Shown here one piece after another: positions 14,904 through 16,107 of a stretch of 16,107 bases of DNA (the stretch's first letter is position 1; every line of letters starts with the position of its first letter). A model generated the notes under the pieces. That model searched no databases. It was not told where the DNA came from and saw nothing but the letters and a program-made list of their open reading frames with translations. Source of the stretch: an uncultured Spirochaetota bacterium (lineage in GTDB: Bacteria; Spirochaetota; Spirochaetia; SZUA-6; Fen-1364); the NCBI GenBank assembly GCA_963745235.1, contig CAVUXE010000001.1, positions 1-16,107 on the forward strand, written 5' to 3'. Made by a program: the position numbers and the translations under genes.

Positions 14904-16107
14904 TCAGCCGGCCATCTGCAGCCCGATTGTTTCCATTGTCAGTTCACCTTTAGGAACTATTCCTTGGAGGACCCCCTTGTAGAGGACGGCGATCCTGTCC
15001 GAGAGTGCAAATATCTCAGAGAGCTCTGTAGAAACCAGCAGCACGCATTTGCCTCGACCTCTTTCCTCCAGGATTGTCTTGTGCACGTAGTCGATAGCGC
15101 TGAGGTCAAGGCCTCGTGTGGGCTGATCGAAGACGATAAGCCTCGTGCCATTGTCCACCTCGCGTGCAACAATCACTTTCTGCTGATTGCCGCCGGACAG
15201 ACCCCGCACCACCGCGTCAGGCCCCGGCGTCCTGATGGAATACGCCTCGATGCGGCTCTTCGCGTAGTGCCTAATGCGGGAACGGTCCAGGAAAAAGCGT
15301 TTCTGCCACTTCGAGTTGTAGCTGCTCTTCAGGATCATATTTTCAGCGAGCGTCATTTCCATAACCATGCCGTCCCGTTGACGGTCTGCAGGAACATAAC
15401 CGATCCCGATCTCGATCCGCTCTCGTATCCCGAGAGAGCTGATGTCCCGGCTGTCAAGCCAGATCCGTCCCGATGCCAGGGGTCGAGAACCGTACACGAC
15501 TTCACATAGCTCCTGTTGGCCGTTGCCGGAGACCCCGGCAATTCCAAGGATCTCCCCTTCCTGGATCGAAAAGGAGACATCCCGAAGTCGGAAGATTCCG
15601 TGACGGTCCCGAACGGAGACGCCCTCCAGGCGCAGCATTTCGCGCGCCTGCGGCACTCCGGCGGGCACATCCGGGAGGGGGGGCAGCTCGTGCCCGATCA
15701 TCAGGAGGGATAACTCCTTCTCGTCCGTCCCCGCGCGTGGGAGGATACCCCGGACCTCGCCGCTTCGCATGATGATGATGCGGTCCGCACAGTCCATGAC
15801 TTCCTTCAGCTTGTGGGTGATAAAGATGACGGAATTGCCGGCTGCGGCATAGCGTCTGACGAAGTCCATGAGGTTTGCGGCTTCCTGAGGCGTGAGCACG
15901 GCTGTCGGCTCATCCATAATGAGCAACCTAGCATTCTGGAAGAGGGCCTTGAGGATCTCCACTTTCTGCTGGACACCCACCGGCAAGTCGCGCACGATTG
16001 CCGCTGGATCCACGTCGAAGCCGTACTGCACAGCGAGGTCTCGAATCTTCCGCTCGTAGGTCCGTCTGTTCAGCAACCCACTCACGCTGCCCAAGACGAT
16101 GTTCTCC
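14904..16107 (-). CDS. Nucleoside/purine-type ABC transporter ATP-binding protein (NupA/YufO-like), 5' end outside the window
   Basis: Frame is open to the window edge (ENIVLG...). Motifs 'LPVGVQQKVEILKAL', 'LIMDEPTAVLTPQE', 'FITHKLKEV', 'GVSGNGQ', 'LSGGNQQK' and 'DQPTRGLD'. Confidence 0.9.
   Translation of the reverse strand, partial: ENIVLGSVSGLLNRRTYERKIRDLAVQYGFDVDPAAIVRDLPVGVQQKVEILKALFQNARLLIMDEPTAVLTPQEAANLMDFVRRYAAAGNSVIFITHKLKEVMDCADRIIIMRSGEVRGILPRAGTDEKELSLLMIGHELPPLPDVPAGVPQAREMLRLEGVSVRDRHGIFRLRDVSFSIQEGEILGIAGVSGNGQQELCEVVYGSRPLASGRIWLDSRDISSLGIRERIEIGIGYVPADRQRDGMVMEMTLAENMILKSSYNSKWQKRFFLDRSRIRHYAKSRIEAYSIRTPGPDAVVRGLSGGNQQKVIVAREVDNGTRLIVFDQPTRGLDLSAIDYVHKTILEERGRGKCVLLVSTELSEIFALSDRIAVLYKGVLQGIVPKGELTMETIGLQMAG

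Noticed and set aside
1-16107. CRISPR array, tRNA, rRNA, phage or defence genes
   Set aside because: No regularly spaced repeats, cloverleaf or rRNA motifs, or relevant protein motifs were seen.

Overview
Bacterial window, probably from a Spirochaetia-like organism (inferred only from the mglBAC operon and the style of the binding-protein signal peptide). From left to right: (1) a 5'-truncated hybrid sensor kinase (dCache-TM-HAMP-PAS-HisKA-HATPase-REC) split by two single-base frameshifts; (2) a GntR-family regulator remnant that has lost its HTH and keeps a frameshifted FCD domain; (3) a minus-strand sugar operon: Zn-dependent dehydrogenase, DUF4380/mutarotase-like protein, mglB-mglA-mglC-like ABC importer; (4) a divergent plus-strand cluster: O-methyltransferase, beta-propeller lactonase, 3-hydroxyacyl-CoA-dehydrogenase-family enzyme; (5) about 1 kb of decayed IS3 and IS5 remnants; (6) the 3' part of a nucleoside/purine-type ABC transporter operon. 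The best candidate for a new system is a possible uncharacterised oxidative pathway for an unusual sugar or sugar acid. The binding protein has an altered ligand pocket, and both dehydrogenases lack the acidic residue that normally selects NAD. No rRNA, tRNA or CRISPR array was seen.
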